Part shown: positions 26,717-35,313 of the stretch, piece by piece
How the letters are laid out: the number at the start of each line of letters is the position of its first letter
Position numbering within the stretch: the first letter of the stretch is position 1
Assembly: GCA_963730155.1 (NCBI GenBank)
Contig: CAVSQV010000002.1
Coordinates: forward strand, 960,944 to 1,024,943
Reading direction: 5' to 3'
Length of the DNA stretch: 64,000 nucleotides
From: an uncultured Acidobacteriota bacterium
GTDB lineage: Bacteria; Acidobacteriota; Thermoanaerobaculia; Multivoradales; JBCCEF01
Position numbers and translations under genes: made by a program
Notes under the pieces: model-generated
Database searches by the model: none
Seen by the model: the letters and a program-made list of their open reading frames with translations, nothing else
Told to the model about the DNA's origin: nothing

Positions 26717-27149
26717 GGTCCTCAAGGTATTCGCGGAGCTCGATCGCGGTCACCTCGCCGGGCACGCTCGCGTACTCGCCGATCTCGATCTGTGAGAGCA
26801 CCCAGGCGAGCTGACCCGGAGTCAGGCCGCCGTCCTTGCGCTGCGCCGACGCCAGATGCTCGTCGACCGAGTACCCCGCCATCTCCAGCGCCCTGACGTC
26901 GACGAGGTCGCGGATCTCGGCACGCGACAGGAGGGCGCAGAGCTTGTTCGCGAGGATCTCCTGAGGGGGATCGACGCGGATGGTCCCGCGGGCCACTTCG
27001 GTCAGCGCGGCGACGCCTTCCTCGATGCGATCCTCGGTCGTGAAGAGATCGAGGTCCTTCGTAGTCCGGTGCCCGAGGTGATAGCCGGCGAGCGCGGCAC
27101 CTCCGGTCAGGAAGAAGCCGCTCTCGCGCCCGAAGAACCCGGCGAGCAC
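26679..27149 (-). CDS. AbiEii/AbiGii-like nucleotidyltransferase toxin family protein (short)
   Basis: C-terminal part of track ORF 26679..27662. GTG at 27149 proposed as start. VLAGFFGRESGFFLTGGAALAGYHLGHRTTKDLDLFT matches the GG.AL...R.T.DLD nucleotidyltransferase motif of the DUF1814/AbiEii family. Shorter than typical members. Confidence 0.5.
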   Translation of the reverse strand: MLAGFFGRESGFFLTGGAALAGYHLGHRTTKDLDLFTTEDRIEEGVAALTEVARGTIRVDPPQEILANKLCALLSRAEIRDLVDVRALEMAGYSVDEHLASAQRKDGGLTPGQLAWVLSQIEIGEYASVPGEVTAIELREYLEDLKNRLAGRAFPE

Positions 27150-27162
27150 CTCTTGCTGAAGG

Positions 27163-27494
27163 TCATCGAGGCGGGTCAGGGTCGATCCGTCCTTGTTGCT
27201 TCCAGGTGTTGAGAAGGAAGTCCCAGAAGGCCCGTCGTCGTCCGAGGTGGGGGGACAGATCGGACCAGAGCGCGGCGACCTCTCCCGGGTGGTGAACTCC
27301 CAGACTTCCGTATCTCGCGCCTCGCGCAGGATCTTGGCCAGGAGACGGACCTTCTCGGCATGAGCGGAGCTCCGGAGGCGCCGCCGCACTTCGCGCACCG
27401 GAATCGGGTCGTCCCAGAGGAAATAGGGGAACGCCTCCGGATCGCGCAGATCGGTGGAGAGTGCCACCCCGGTCGGCCGAATCGATGTTTCCAT
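27163..27494 (-). pseudogene. Putative cognate antitoxin-like gene, one frame disruption near 27284-27289
   Basis: METSIRPTGVALSTDLRDPEAFPYFLWDDPIPVREVRRRLRSSAHAEKVRLLAKILREARDTEVWEFTT continues sensibly only after a +1 shift as PGEVAALWSDLSPHLGRRRAFWDFLLNTWKQQGRIDPDPPR-stop (TGA at 27163-27165). The shift falls at a CCC/GGG run. Confidence 0.45.
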
Positions 27495-27839
27495 GACGGT
27501 CGAGATCCTCAGGTCACTGGCCCAGGCAATGCTAACCCAGGCCGAGAACGGGCGGCCTGTCGACCGGGTTGGCGAAGAGGGCCCCGGGGGCCAGGCGGTT
27601 GGCCCAGCGCTCGGGGGGACGGTGAAGGTGAGGCCGACGACCACGAGGTCGAAGAGCAACACGAGGACGAACCAGGCGACCAGGACCAGAGCGTAGGCGC
27701 GGAGGCTGCGGCGGTCGAACAGAGAGCTTCCGCCCCGAAGGCGGCGTCACCGAGCAGTTTCTAGCGCTAGCCGAGCGAGGCCGCCGGCTCCCGGCCCGGA
27801 GAGCCTGGGCGTGACCGGCAAGGCGCTCGTGCCCGAGGG

Positions 27840-28028
27840 CTACAGCCCGACGGCTCCGGCAGCGATGCTCAGGAAACGGCGGAGCGCTCTGGAGCAACCG
27901 AGGACGCCGGCGACGCCTTCGACGTACTGCGCGACAAACCCAGTGAGCCGCGAGGTCGATGCAATCCTGGGTCGCCAGGAAGAGTGAGCCGAAGCGACCT
28001 TCTGGGAGAGGACGTCACGCTGGACCAT
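27840..28028 (-). pseudogene. HepT/DUF86-like toxin remnant downstream of an MNT gene
   Basis: Starts MVQRDVLSQKVAS and overlaps the upstream MNT gene by 14 nt. An alternative frame reads LFLATQDCIDLAAHWV, the conserved DUF86 helix. No single frame gives a full-length protein, so it is degraded or error-ridden. Confidence 0.3.
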
Positions 28029-28428
28029 GTTCCAGCCTGCGCCGCAGCCGTTCGATGGCGCGCCTGTGGAGCCGCCGGGCGGTGGGTGCCCAGTCCCACC
28101 AGTCGCGGAGCGCGCGGAGCTTGAACTGCTTCCAGTCGCCCTCGCGGCGCTCTACGAGCAAGCGGCCCTCGCGGGCGACCTGGCAGCGGAGCAGCGGAGG
28201 GGCCCGGCGCAGGTCGACGAGGTCGAGCGGCCTGGCAACCGCCGCGGCCAGGGCGGTCTCCACCTGCCAGAGAGTGGTGCCGCCGTCCTCTTCGAGCAGC
28301 ACCCCGACGTCCAGGTCGCTGCTCGCCGTCTCCCGCCCCCGGGCGGTGGAACCGAACAGCACGGCCAAGCGGACCCCCGGGAGGTCCGCGAGCGTCCGGC
28401 AGAGGGCCTCCAGGCTCTTCTCGTGCAT
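28015..28428 (-). CDS. Nucleotidyltransferase-domain protein (MNT-type antitoxin)
   Basis: ATG at 28428 (codon 24 of track ORF 28015..28497). MHEKSLEALCRTLADLPGVRLAVLFGSTARGRETASSDLDVGVLL carries the GS...DxD motif. Confidence 0.7.
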   Translation of the reverse strand: MHEKSLEALCRTLADLPGVRLAVLFGSTARGRETASSDLDVGVLLEEDGGTTLWQVETALAAAVARPLDLVDLRRAPPLLRCQVAREGRLLVERREGDWKQFKLRALRDWWDWAPTARRLHRRAIERLRRRLEHGPA

Positions 28429-28510
28429 CGGGGGGATGCTAGCACCCGGCCTCGGGTGCTTAGTCCGGGCCGCAGGGCCGGCGGCCCTCGATGGCACATC
28501 TCCGGGAGCG

Positions 28511-30172
28511 CTACCGGAGGTTCACCACCTGCCCGTCGACCAGGTCGATCTCCGCCGCCTGCGGCACCTTGGGCAGCCCCGGCATGCGCAGGACGTCGCC
28601 CAGGAGCGCGACCACGAACCCGGCCCCCGGCGCCGGGATGAAGCGCCGGCAGGTGACCTCGAAGCCGTGGGGGAGGCCCGGGCGCGACGGGTCGTCGGAG
28701 AGCGAGGCCGGGGTCTTGGCGACGCACAGCGGCGTGCCGCTCATGCCCAGGCGCTCGACGAAGGCGAGATCCTTCTCGGCCTCCGCGGTGTAGGCGACGC
28801 CGGAGGCGCCGTACAGCTCGCGCGCGATGTGGACCAGCTTCTCCTTGACCGGCTGCTCGTTGCGGTAGACCGGCGTGAACGGCTGGGGCGGATGGACCGC
28901 GGCGCCCTGGACCGCCTCGGCGAGCGCGGTCGCGCCCTCGCCGCCGCGGGCGAAGTGGTCGGAGGCCGCGGCCGCCACGCCGCGCGCGGCGCAGGCGTCG
29001 ATCACCGCCCGGACCTCGTCGTCGGTGTCGGTGCCGAAGCGGTTGATCGCCACCACCGCCGGCTTGCCCAGGCGGCGGACGTTGTCGACGTGCTTCCAGA
29101 GGTTGGGCAGCCCCGCCTCGACCGCCGCCGGGTCGGGCTTGTCGAGGTCGCCGGGGGCGGCGCCGCCGTGGTGCTTGAGCGCGCGGATCGTCGCCACGAC
29201 CACCACGCAGGCGGCGTCGAGGCCGGCGCTCCGGCACTTGATGTCGAAGAACTTCTCGGCCCCCAGCTCGCTGGCGAAGCCGGCCTCGGTGATCGTCCAG
29301 TCGGCGTAGGCGAGCGCGGTCTTGGTCGCGAGCACCGAGTTGCAGCCGTGGGCGATGTTGGCGAAGGGCCCGCCGTGGACGAACGCCGGCACCCCCTCGA
29401 GGCTCTGCACCAGGTTCGGGCGCAGGGCGTCCTTGAGCAGCACCAGCATCGAGCCGACGGCGCCGAGATCGGCGGCGGTCACCGGCTCGCCGGCGGCGGT
29501 GAGCGCGACCAGCAGGCGGGAGAGGCGGGCGCGCAGGTCCTCGGCGTTCTCCGCCAGGCAGAGCGCGGCCATCACCTCCGAGGCCGGGGTGATGTCGAAG
29601 CCGGTCTCGCGGGGCACGCCGTGGATCGGCCCGCCGAGCCCGATCACGGCCTTGCGCAGCGAGCGGTCGTTGAGGTCGATCACCCGCGGCCAGAGCACCT
29701 TGCGCGGGTCGATGCCGAGCGCGTTGCCGTAGTGGAGGTGGTTGTCGAGCAGCGCGGCGAGCAGGTTGTGGGCGGTCGTGACGGCGTGGAAGTCGCCGGT
29801 GAAGTGGAGGTTGATGTCCTCCGCCGGCACCAGGATCGAGCGCCCGCCGCCGGTGGCGCCCCCCTTGCGCCCGAAGGTCGGCCCGAGCGACGGCTCGCGC
29901 AGAGCCAGGCAGACCCTCTCGCCGAGGAGCGCGAGCCCCTGGGCGAGGCCGATCGAGGTCGTGGTCTTGCCCTCGCCCGCGGGGGTCGGGGTGATCGCGG
30001 TCACCAGCACCAGCCGCCCGCGCGGCCGGTCCCCGGCCAGCGCCTGGAGGCGCACCTTGGCCTTCCCCTCGCCATACGGCACCACGTGATCGGGCGCCAG
30101 CCCGAGCTGCGCCGCCACCTCGGCGATCGGGCGCGGTCCCCGCACCGATCCCATGCTCCCGTCCCCGCTCAT
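28511..30172 (-). CDS. fhs: Formate--tetrahydrofolate ligase
   Basis: Intact 553-aa ORF. PTPAGEGKTTTSIGLAQGL P-loop, EPSLGPTFGRKGGATGGG, FDIKCR, GFVVALLGDVLRMPGLPKVPQA are typical FTHFS blocks. Confidence 0.9.
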   Translation of the reverse strand: MSGDGSMGSVRGPRPIAEVAAQLGLAPDHVVPYGEGKAKVRLQALAGDRPRGRLVLVTAITPTPAGEGKTTTSIGLAQGLALLGERVCLALREPSLGPTFGRKGGATGGGRSILVPAEDINLHFTGDFHAVTTAHNLLAALLDNHLHYGNALGIDPRKVLWPRVIDLNDRSLRKAVIGLGGPIHGVPRETGFDITPASEVMAALCLAENAEDLRARLSRLLVALTAAGEPVTAADLGAVGSMLVLLKDALRPNLVQSLEGVPAFVHGGPFANIAHGCNSVLATKTALAYADWTITEAGFASELGAEKFFDIKCRSAGLDAACVVVVATIRALKHHGGAAPGDLDKPDPAAVEAGLPNLWKHVDNVRRLGKPAVVAINRFGTDTDDEVRAVIDACAARGVAAAASDHFARGGEGATALAEAVQGAAVHPPQPFTPVYRNEQPVKEKLVHIARELYGASGVAYTAEAEKDLAFVERLGMSGTPLCVAKTPASLSDDPSRPGLPHGFEVTCRRFIPAPGAGFVVALLGDVLRMPGLPKVPQAAEIDLVDGQVVNLR

Positions 30173-30329
30173 GGTCCCCTCCTCGCGGGCCCCGGCCCCG
30201 GTCGTCGCTGGCGTCGTTCTCGTTTTCGGCCGCCGGAGATTATCGCAGCGGCTGCGAAACGGCCACGCCCCCGGGTGGAGTGGTGAAGCGTTTCTTCCGG
30301 GGTGGCCGGGGAGGTCCGCGGGGGGGCGG

Positions 30330-30866
30330 TCAGGAATCGAGATCTCGCTCCTCGCCTCGGAGCGTTCGGATCACCTTTTCACAGAGGCTCCGGTGGACCC
30401 AGATGTCGGGTCGCTCCCCGATCGCCGTTACGAGGTCAATGGCTCGCCGGGTCGGCAGTCGGCCTTCACGGACCGCCGAGACGAGGATCCCCAGGGTGCC
30501 CTTGATCCGGGTCGAAACCCGTGCGGCTTGAAAGCTGCTCTCCGCCGCCCGCCGAGCCGCAAGATCGTCGACCAGTAGCCACGTCGCCCGCCGCTCGATC
30601 GCCAGCCCGATCGCCTCGAGCTCCCCGCGTCCCAGCCGCGCCTCCACCGGAAGAGCAGCCGCGGGTGCAGCCGTCACCTCCAATGCGCGGTCGCGGACGT
30701 GGGCCTCCAGCGCTAGCGCGTCCGGCGCCTGCGGCTCACGGTCCGGAGCGATCGCCTCGCGGTAGACCGCCGGCGGGATCAAGATCGAGGGGTAGAGGGA
30801 GAGAGCGTCAAGGGCGTCGATCTTGGCCAGTGCAATGAGCGGCCCGGCGTCGGCGACGACGATCAA
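30330..30866 (-). CDS. DUF3368/PIN-like domain protein (toxin candidate)
   Basis: TTG at 30866 overlaps the upstream stop. LIVVADAGPLIALAKIDALDAL...LGRGELEAIGLAIERRATWLLVDDLAARRAA fits the PIN-like DUF3368 pattern. The upstream part of track ORF 30330..31052 is read-through. Confidence 0.6.
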   Translation of the reverse strand: MIVVADAGPLIALAKIDALDALSLYPSILIPPAVYREAIAPDREPQAPDALALEAHVRDRALEVTAAPAAALPVEARLGRGELEAIGLAIERRATWLLVDDLAARRAAESSFQAARVSTRIKGTLGILVSAVREGRLPTRRAIDLVTAIGERPDIWVHRSLCEKVIRTLRGEERDLDS

Positions 30867-31156
30867 AGATCGGCGGCCTCGTCGAGGGTCAAGCGGTCCT
30901 TCCGGCGCAGCTCCGGAGCGATCCGGGGCTCGATCCCGTGGGCGTAGGCGAGCGGGATCATCTCGCGCAGCGGCACCTGCGCCTGCTCGGCGGCGAAGGC
31001 CAACGATCCCTCGCCGGCCTGGTAGGCGGCGAGGGCCTTGCGGATCCGCCACTCGCGCAGGCCGAGCTCGAGGACCAGGCCTCTTTCGAGGGGGTCGACG
31101 GGGAGCTGGTCGGCGACCTCGGGGGGCAGGAGGACGGGTACGGGGCGTGCGGACAT
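30863..31156 (-). CDS. UPF0175-family antitoxin candidate
   Basis: 97 aa. GLREWRIRKALAAYQAGEGSLAFAAEQAQVPLREMIPLAYAHGI is the UPF0175 helix-turn-helix-like core that usually precedes DUF3368 genes. Confidence 0.6.
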   Translation of the reverse strand: MSARPVPVLLPPEVADQLPVDPLERGLVLELGLREWRIRKALAAYQAGEGSLAFAAEQAQVPLREMIPLAYAHGIEPRIAPELRRKDRLTLDEAADL

Positions 31157-31224
31157 CGCGGCGGTCTCTCGGTGTCGTCGGCGGGTCAGGCTAGCACAGG
31201 GCCCGGCGGTAGACTGCCGCCTTG

Positions 31225-32214
31225 ATGCGCGCCGTCCTGCCCACCGCCGACCCTCCGGACCCGCGCCCGCGGCTGGGCGAGCTGCCGGATCCGGTGCCCG
31301 GTCCGGGCGAGGTGCTGGTCGCGGTGCGCGCGGCCGGGCTCAACCGGGCCGACCTTCTGCAGCTCCGCGGCCTGTACCCGCCGCCGTCGGGCGAGAGCGA
31401 GGTGCCGGGGCTCGAGCTCGCCGGCGAGGTGGTCGCGGCGGGCGAGGGCGCCGGCGACTGGGTGCCCGGGCGGCGGGTGATGGCGCTGGTCGCCGGCGGC
31501 GGGCAGGGGGGGCTGGCGGTGGTGCCCGCGGGACAGCTCATGGCGCTGCCCTACGGTCTGAGCTTCGTCGAGGGGGGTGCGATCCCCGAGGCCGGGCTGA
31601 CCGCGTGGACGAATCTGGTCACCGAGGGCGGCCTGCAACCGGGCGAGACGGTGCTGATCAGCGGCGCCAACGGCGGCGTCGGCAGCTTCGCCGTCCAGCT
31701 CGCCGCGGCGCTCGGCGCGCGGGTGCTCGCCGCCGGCCGCGACCTCGGCCGGCTCGAGCCGCTGCGCGCTCTCGGCGCCGAGGAGCTGCTCCTCCTCGAC
31801 GACGACCTCCCCGCCCGCGCCCGTGCGGCGACCGGCGGCCGCGGCGCCGACCTCGTCCTCGACCTCGTCGCCGGCGAGCACCTGCCGCGCCTCCTCGCCG
31901 CGCTCGTCCCGCGCGGGCGGTTGATCCTGGTCGGGATCACCGCCGGCCGGCGCGCCGAGGTCGACCTCGGGCTGATCCTGCGCCACCGCCTGCGCCTGGT
32001 CGGCTCGGTGCTGCGGCCGCGGCCGCGCTCCGAGAAGGCCGCCCTGGTCGCCGCCTTCGCCGAGTTCGCGCTGCCGCGGCTGGTCGCCGGCGAGCTGCGC
32101 GCGGTGGTCGACCGGGTGTTCCCGTTCGAGCGCGCGGCGGAGGCGTACGGGGCGCTCGAGGCGGGCGGGGTGAGCGGGAAGGTGGTGCTGTCGTTCGAGC
32201 CGGTAGACCGCTGA
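31225..32214 (+). CDS. NAD(P)H:quinone oxidoreductase / zinc-type alcohol dehydrogenase superfamily protein
   Basis: GEVLVAVRAAGLNRADLLQLRGLYPPP, GETVLISGANGGVGSFAVQLAAALGARV (Rossmann), GKVVL C-terminus: MDR/Qor pattern. Confidence 0.8.
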   Translation: MRAVLPTADPPDPRPRLGELPDPVPGPGEVLVAVRAAGLNRADLLQLRGLYPPPSGESEVPGLELAGEVVAAGEGAGDWVPGRRVMALVAGGGQGGLAVVPAGQLMALPYGLSFVEGGAIPEAGLTAWTNLVTEGGLQPGETVLISGANGGVGSFAVQLAAALGARVLAAGRDLGRLEPLRALGAEELLLLDDDLPARARAATGGRGADLVLDLVAGEHLPRLLAALVPRGRLILVGITAGRRAEVDLGLILRHRLRLVGSVLRPRPRSEKAALVAAFAEFALPRLVAGELRAVVDRVFPFERAAEAYGALEAGGVSGKVVLSFEPVDR

Positions 32215-32343
32215 GCCGACCGGCCTGGTCCGAGATCGGGAACTCCATCGCGACTACAGCCGGGAGGCCGTTGCGACCGGCGCGGCCGTGCGACGGGACG
32301 CCGTCCAAGCGCTGGGCGGCCGGCTCGGCGCAGAAGGAGGCTC

Positions 32344-33039
32344 GTGATCTTCCGCAGGTTGGTCGCCGGCTGCGGGACGCTCTTCTTGCTCCTCGCATCT
32401 CCCGCCGCCGCCCAGGACGTACCGATCGAGGCCCGCGTCGCCGCCGTCCGCGACGGCGACACGCTCGAGGTCGAGCGCGGCGGCCGCACCTTCAGCCTCG
32501 ACGTTGCCGAGATCGACTGCCCCGAAGTCGAACAACCGTTCGGCGTCGAGGCGCGGCGTGCGGCGGCCAACCTGGCCGCCGGGGCGCGGATCGGGATCGA
32601 GTTGCGCGGGGTCCCGGCCGGCGGCCGGATGACCGGCTCGGTGCGTCTCCCCGACGGCCGCGACTTCGCCGCCGAGCTCTTGCGCCGCGGGCTCGCCTGG
32701 TGGACCGGCGGTGCCGAGGGGAGCGCCGAGCTACGCGCCCTCGAGCGCCAGGCGCGGGCGGCCCGGCGCGGGCTCTGGTCCCTCGACGATCCCGAGCCGC
32801 CGTGGCGGTTCCGCGGCGAGGCCGGCCCGCGGGTCGAGCGCCCCGAGGCGGAGGCGGTGCGGGCCGTCCCCGCGCCGCCGCGCGAAGCGCCCCGGCGCGG
32901 CGCCGACTGCATCCCGCGGAGCCGCTGCTGCCGGGTCTGCGGCAAGGGCAAGGCGTGCGGCGACTCGTGCATCCAGGCGAGCCTGACCTGCCACAAGGGG
33001 CGCGGCTGCGCGTGCGACGGCTTCGAGGTCTGCGGCTAG
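32344..33039 (+). CDS. Secreted thermonuclease (SNase-like) protein with Cys-rich C-terminal tail
   Basis: Signal peptide MIFRRLVAGCGTLFLLLASPAAAQ. SNase-like VAAVRDGDTLEV...IDCPEVEQPFG...AELLRRGLAW...ARAARRGLW. Tail CIPRSRCCRVCGKGKACGDSCIQASLTCHKGRGCACDGFEVCG. Confidence 0.7.
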   Translation: MIFRRLVAGCGTLFLLLASPAAAQDVPIEARVAAVRDGDTLEVERGGRTFSLDVAEIDCPEVEQPFGVEARRAAANLAAGARIGIELRGVPAGGRMTGSVRLPDGRDFAAELLRRGLAWWTGGAEGSAELRALERQARAARRGLWSLDDPEPPWRFRGEAGPRVERPEAEAVRAVPAPPREAPRRGADCIPRSRCCRVCGKGKACGDSCIQASLTCHKGRGCACDGFEVCG

Positions 33040-35132
33040 CTAGGCCGCGCCGGGGGTCTCCTGCGCCTGCGGCCGGCACCGATGGGGGCGCGCGTCAGCT
33101 CAAGGACGATGCGGAGACCGGAATCCCGGTGCCGGATCCGACCCTGGACGAAAGCGGAGGCCGAAATGGTGCACTTCTCGGGCTTGCTGGCGTAGCTCCC
33201 ACCGCGGCGGACGTGGTGGCGTTCGTCGTAGTCCGATCCCGGCGGGTCACTGACCCACTCCCAGACGTTGCCGTGGACGTCGTAGAGGCCCAACGCGTTG
33301 GCCTGATAGGTGCCGACGGGCGCGAAGTCGTTCTCGAAACCGTCGTTCGTCCCGCCGCTACTGCGACAGTTGCCGTGCCGGTACAGCTCGAGCTGGTCGT
33401 CGCCGAAGCTGTACCTCCCCTTGCTGCCGCCCCGCGCGGCGAACTCCCATTCGGCGCCCGTCGGCAACCGGTAGATGCGGTCCGGAAACCGCTCGTTGAG
33501 CTTCTCCAGGAATTGCAGGGAGAGGTCCCAGCTCATCCCAAAGGCCGGCAGCTCGCCGGCTGGCGGCTTCTCGCCCTCCGTCTCATCCTCGCCGAGCACC
33601 GATCGCCTCTGTGTCCAGGTGACCTCCCGCCGGCCGATGCAGAACGCCTTCTCGATGAGCAGCAGTCGGGTCGAATCAGGTTCCTCGGCTAACAGCTCGA
33701 GAACGCCGGGCTCGATCAGGATCCACTCGAAACCAGGGAGCAGCTCGTGCGGCGGGCAGGCCCAGTCCGGCGCCACGCGGGAGTCCCGAGCGTGGTGGTC
33801 GGGCGGTCGTGCCTCGAGGCCGGCGGCGGGCGGCTGCATTTCGGGCGCTGCCGGCCGCGTCAGCCGCCATGCTCCCCAGCCGAGCGCCACCAGCAGCACG
33901 AGCGCACCCGTGGCGACGAGCCAGCGGCGCCGGCGGTGAGGAGCGGGCGGGGCCGACAGCAACGGCAACGGCAACGGTGGCGGCGGCTCGGTCCGCTCGA
34001 AGAGGCGCCCGTCGGGGACACGCAGGTGGAGCGCCGGAGTCGCCCACTCGAGGCTCCCGCGGTTGCGGAGGATCTCCAGCCGTCCACGGGTCACCGCCGC
34101 GTCGACCGGGTCACCGTGGGCGAGGGAGGCATAGAGCGTCTCGGCGAAGCAGGCGGCCGCGCGGTCAGAGATCGCGAACTGCATGCCGATGACCGCCGGC
34201 ACCGCCGAACGGATCAGCGCGGAGGCGACGCCGCGGTAGGGATCGGCCCCCGGGACCCGTGGAGCCTTGCCGCTGTCGCAGGCGTTGATCACCGCGAGAC
34301 GGAGCGCGGGAGCCTCGTCGAAGGTCGCGGTCAAGATCTCGGCGCCGATCGCCTCGGCGGTGCCGTCGGCGCGTTCGAAGGCGAGGGTGCCGCGTCCGCC
34401 GGCGAAGCCGCCGTGGCCGCTGAAGTGGAAGACGTGGAACACCTCGTCGCGCAGCCGCTCGCGGGCCTCGTCGAAGCTCGCGCGCTCCAGGAAGCTGACC
34501 TGGACGCCGGGGATCGCGGCCCAGCGCTGCAACGCCGCGCGCTCAGCGGCGCACTCGAGACGCGGGAGATTTCCGGGGGCGCAGAACGCCGCCAGCACGC
34601 GGAGGTCGCCAGTCAGCGGCAGCGGTTTGTGGGCGTCGGTGCCTTCGAGGTAGCGGACCACGGCGAAGTGGGACCTCGAGGTCAAGAAACCATCGCCGTC
34701 CGGGTCGTGGAGCAGTTCCCAGGGGAGCGCCGCGATCGCCGCGCTGTCGGCGCGGAGGGGATTGATCAGCAGCCGGATCCGCAGCCTGGGGTCGCCTGGC
34801 CGGGGCCGGGCGCGCGCGAACGCGAGCCCCACCTCGCCCTGGAACAACGCTCGGAAGAGAAGGGTCCCCACCTCCGCGGGGTCGTACCGGCGGCTCGAGC
34901 AGCGGACGGGGGCCTCGAGATGGCGCGACCGCCTCCGGGTGCGGCCGTGGAGCGCGCGTTGGAGGTCGCCCAGCAGCACGGGGATCTCGACCTCCGCGAA
35001 CGGCGGGACGAAGGGAGCGCGGCTGCCGCCGCCGGCCGGCGCGAAGACGACCTCCGATACGTAGCCGCCGGCTCCGTCCGGCGCGATCCGGACGGCGAAG
35101 TCGGCGTACTCGATCCTGCGGCCGCTGACCAT
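33036..35132 (-). CDS. CHAT-domain protease-like protein fused through one TM helix to an FGE-sulfatase (SUMF1-like) domain
   Basis: Intact 698-aa ORF. CHAT dyad context VFHVFHFSGHGGF and LRLAVINACDSGK. TM RRWLVATGALVLLVALGWGAW. C-terminal FGE-like RLPTGAEWEFAARGG...GLYDVHGNVWEWVSD...RGGSY. Confidence 0.75.
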   Translation of the reverse strand: MVSGRRIEYADFAVRIAPDGAGGYVSEVVFAPAGGGSRAPFVPPFAEVEIPVLLGDLQRALHGRTRRRSRHLEAPVRCSSRRYDPAEVGTLLFRALFQGEVGLAFARARPRPGDPRLRIRLLINPLRADSAAIAALPWELLHDPDGDGFLTSRSHFAVVRYLEGTDAHKPLPLTGDLRVLAAFCAPGNLPRLECAAERAALQRWAAIPGVQVSFLERASFDEARERLRDEVFHVFHFSGHGGFAGGRGTLAFERADGTAEAIGAEILTATFDEAPALRLAVINACDSGKAPRVPGADPYRGVASALIRSAVPAVIGMQFAISDRAAACFAETLYASLAHGDPVDAAVTRGRLEILRNRGSLEWATPALHLRVPDGRLFERTEPPPPLPLPLLSAPPAPHRRRRWLVATGALVLLVALGWGAWRLTRPAAPEMQPPAAGLEARPPDHHARDSRVAPDWACPPHELLPGFEWILIEPGVLELLAEEPDSTRLLLIEKAFCIGRREVTWTQRRSVLGEDETEGEKPPAGELPAFGMSWDLSLQFLEKLNERFPDRIYRLPTGAEWEFAARGGSKGRYSFGDDQLELYRHGNCRSSGGTNDGFENDFAPVGTYQANALGLYDVHGNVWEWVSDPPGSDYDERHHVRRGGSYASKPEKCTISASAFVQGRIRHRDSGLRIVLELTRAPIGAGRRRRRPPARPS

Positions 35133-35313
35133 CGTCGTTGCCCCGCGGTCCGTCCACCGCCGGTGCCGGTGCCGGCTCCCGCACCGCCGAGGAGGGGCTC
35201 ACACACTTCGCGAGATCGCCGGCCGGCGGGGGCCACGGCCGCGAGGGCGTCCCACTGTAGCGCTGCCGGCCGAGGGGCGGGCCGGACCCCGGACTTCCGG
35301 GCGGACGAGGCCG

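Noticed and set aside
27755-27775. 10-bp perfect palindrome CTAGCGCTAG noticed as a possible operator or restriction-type site.
   Set aside because: It is a single short palindrome with no second copy or associated regulator. It lies in the degraded HepT tail. A chance occurrence is plausible.
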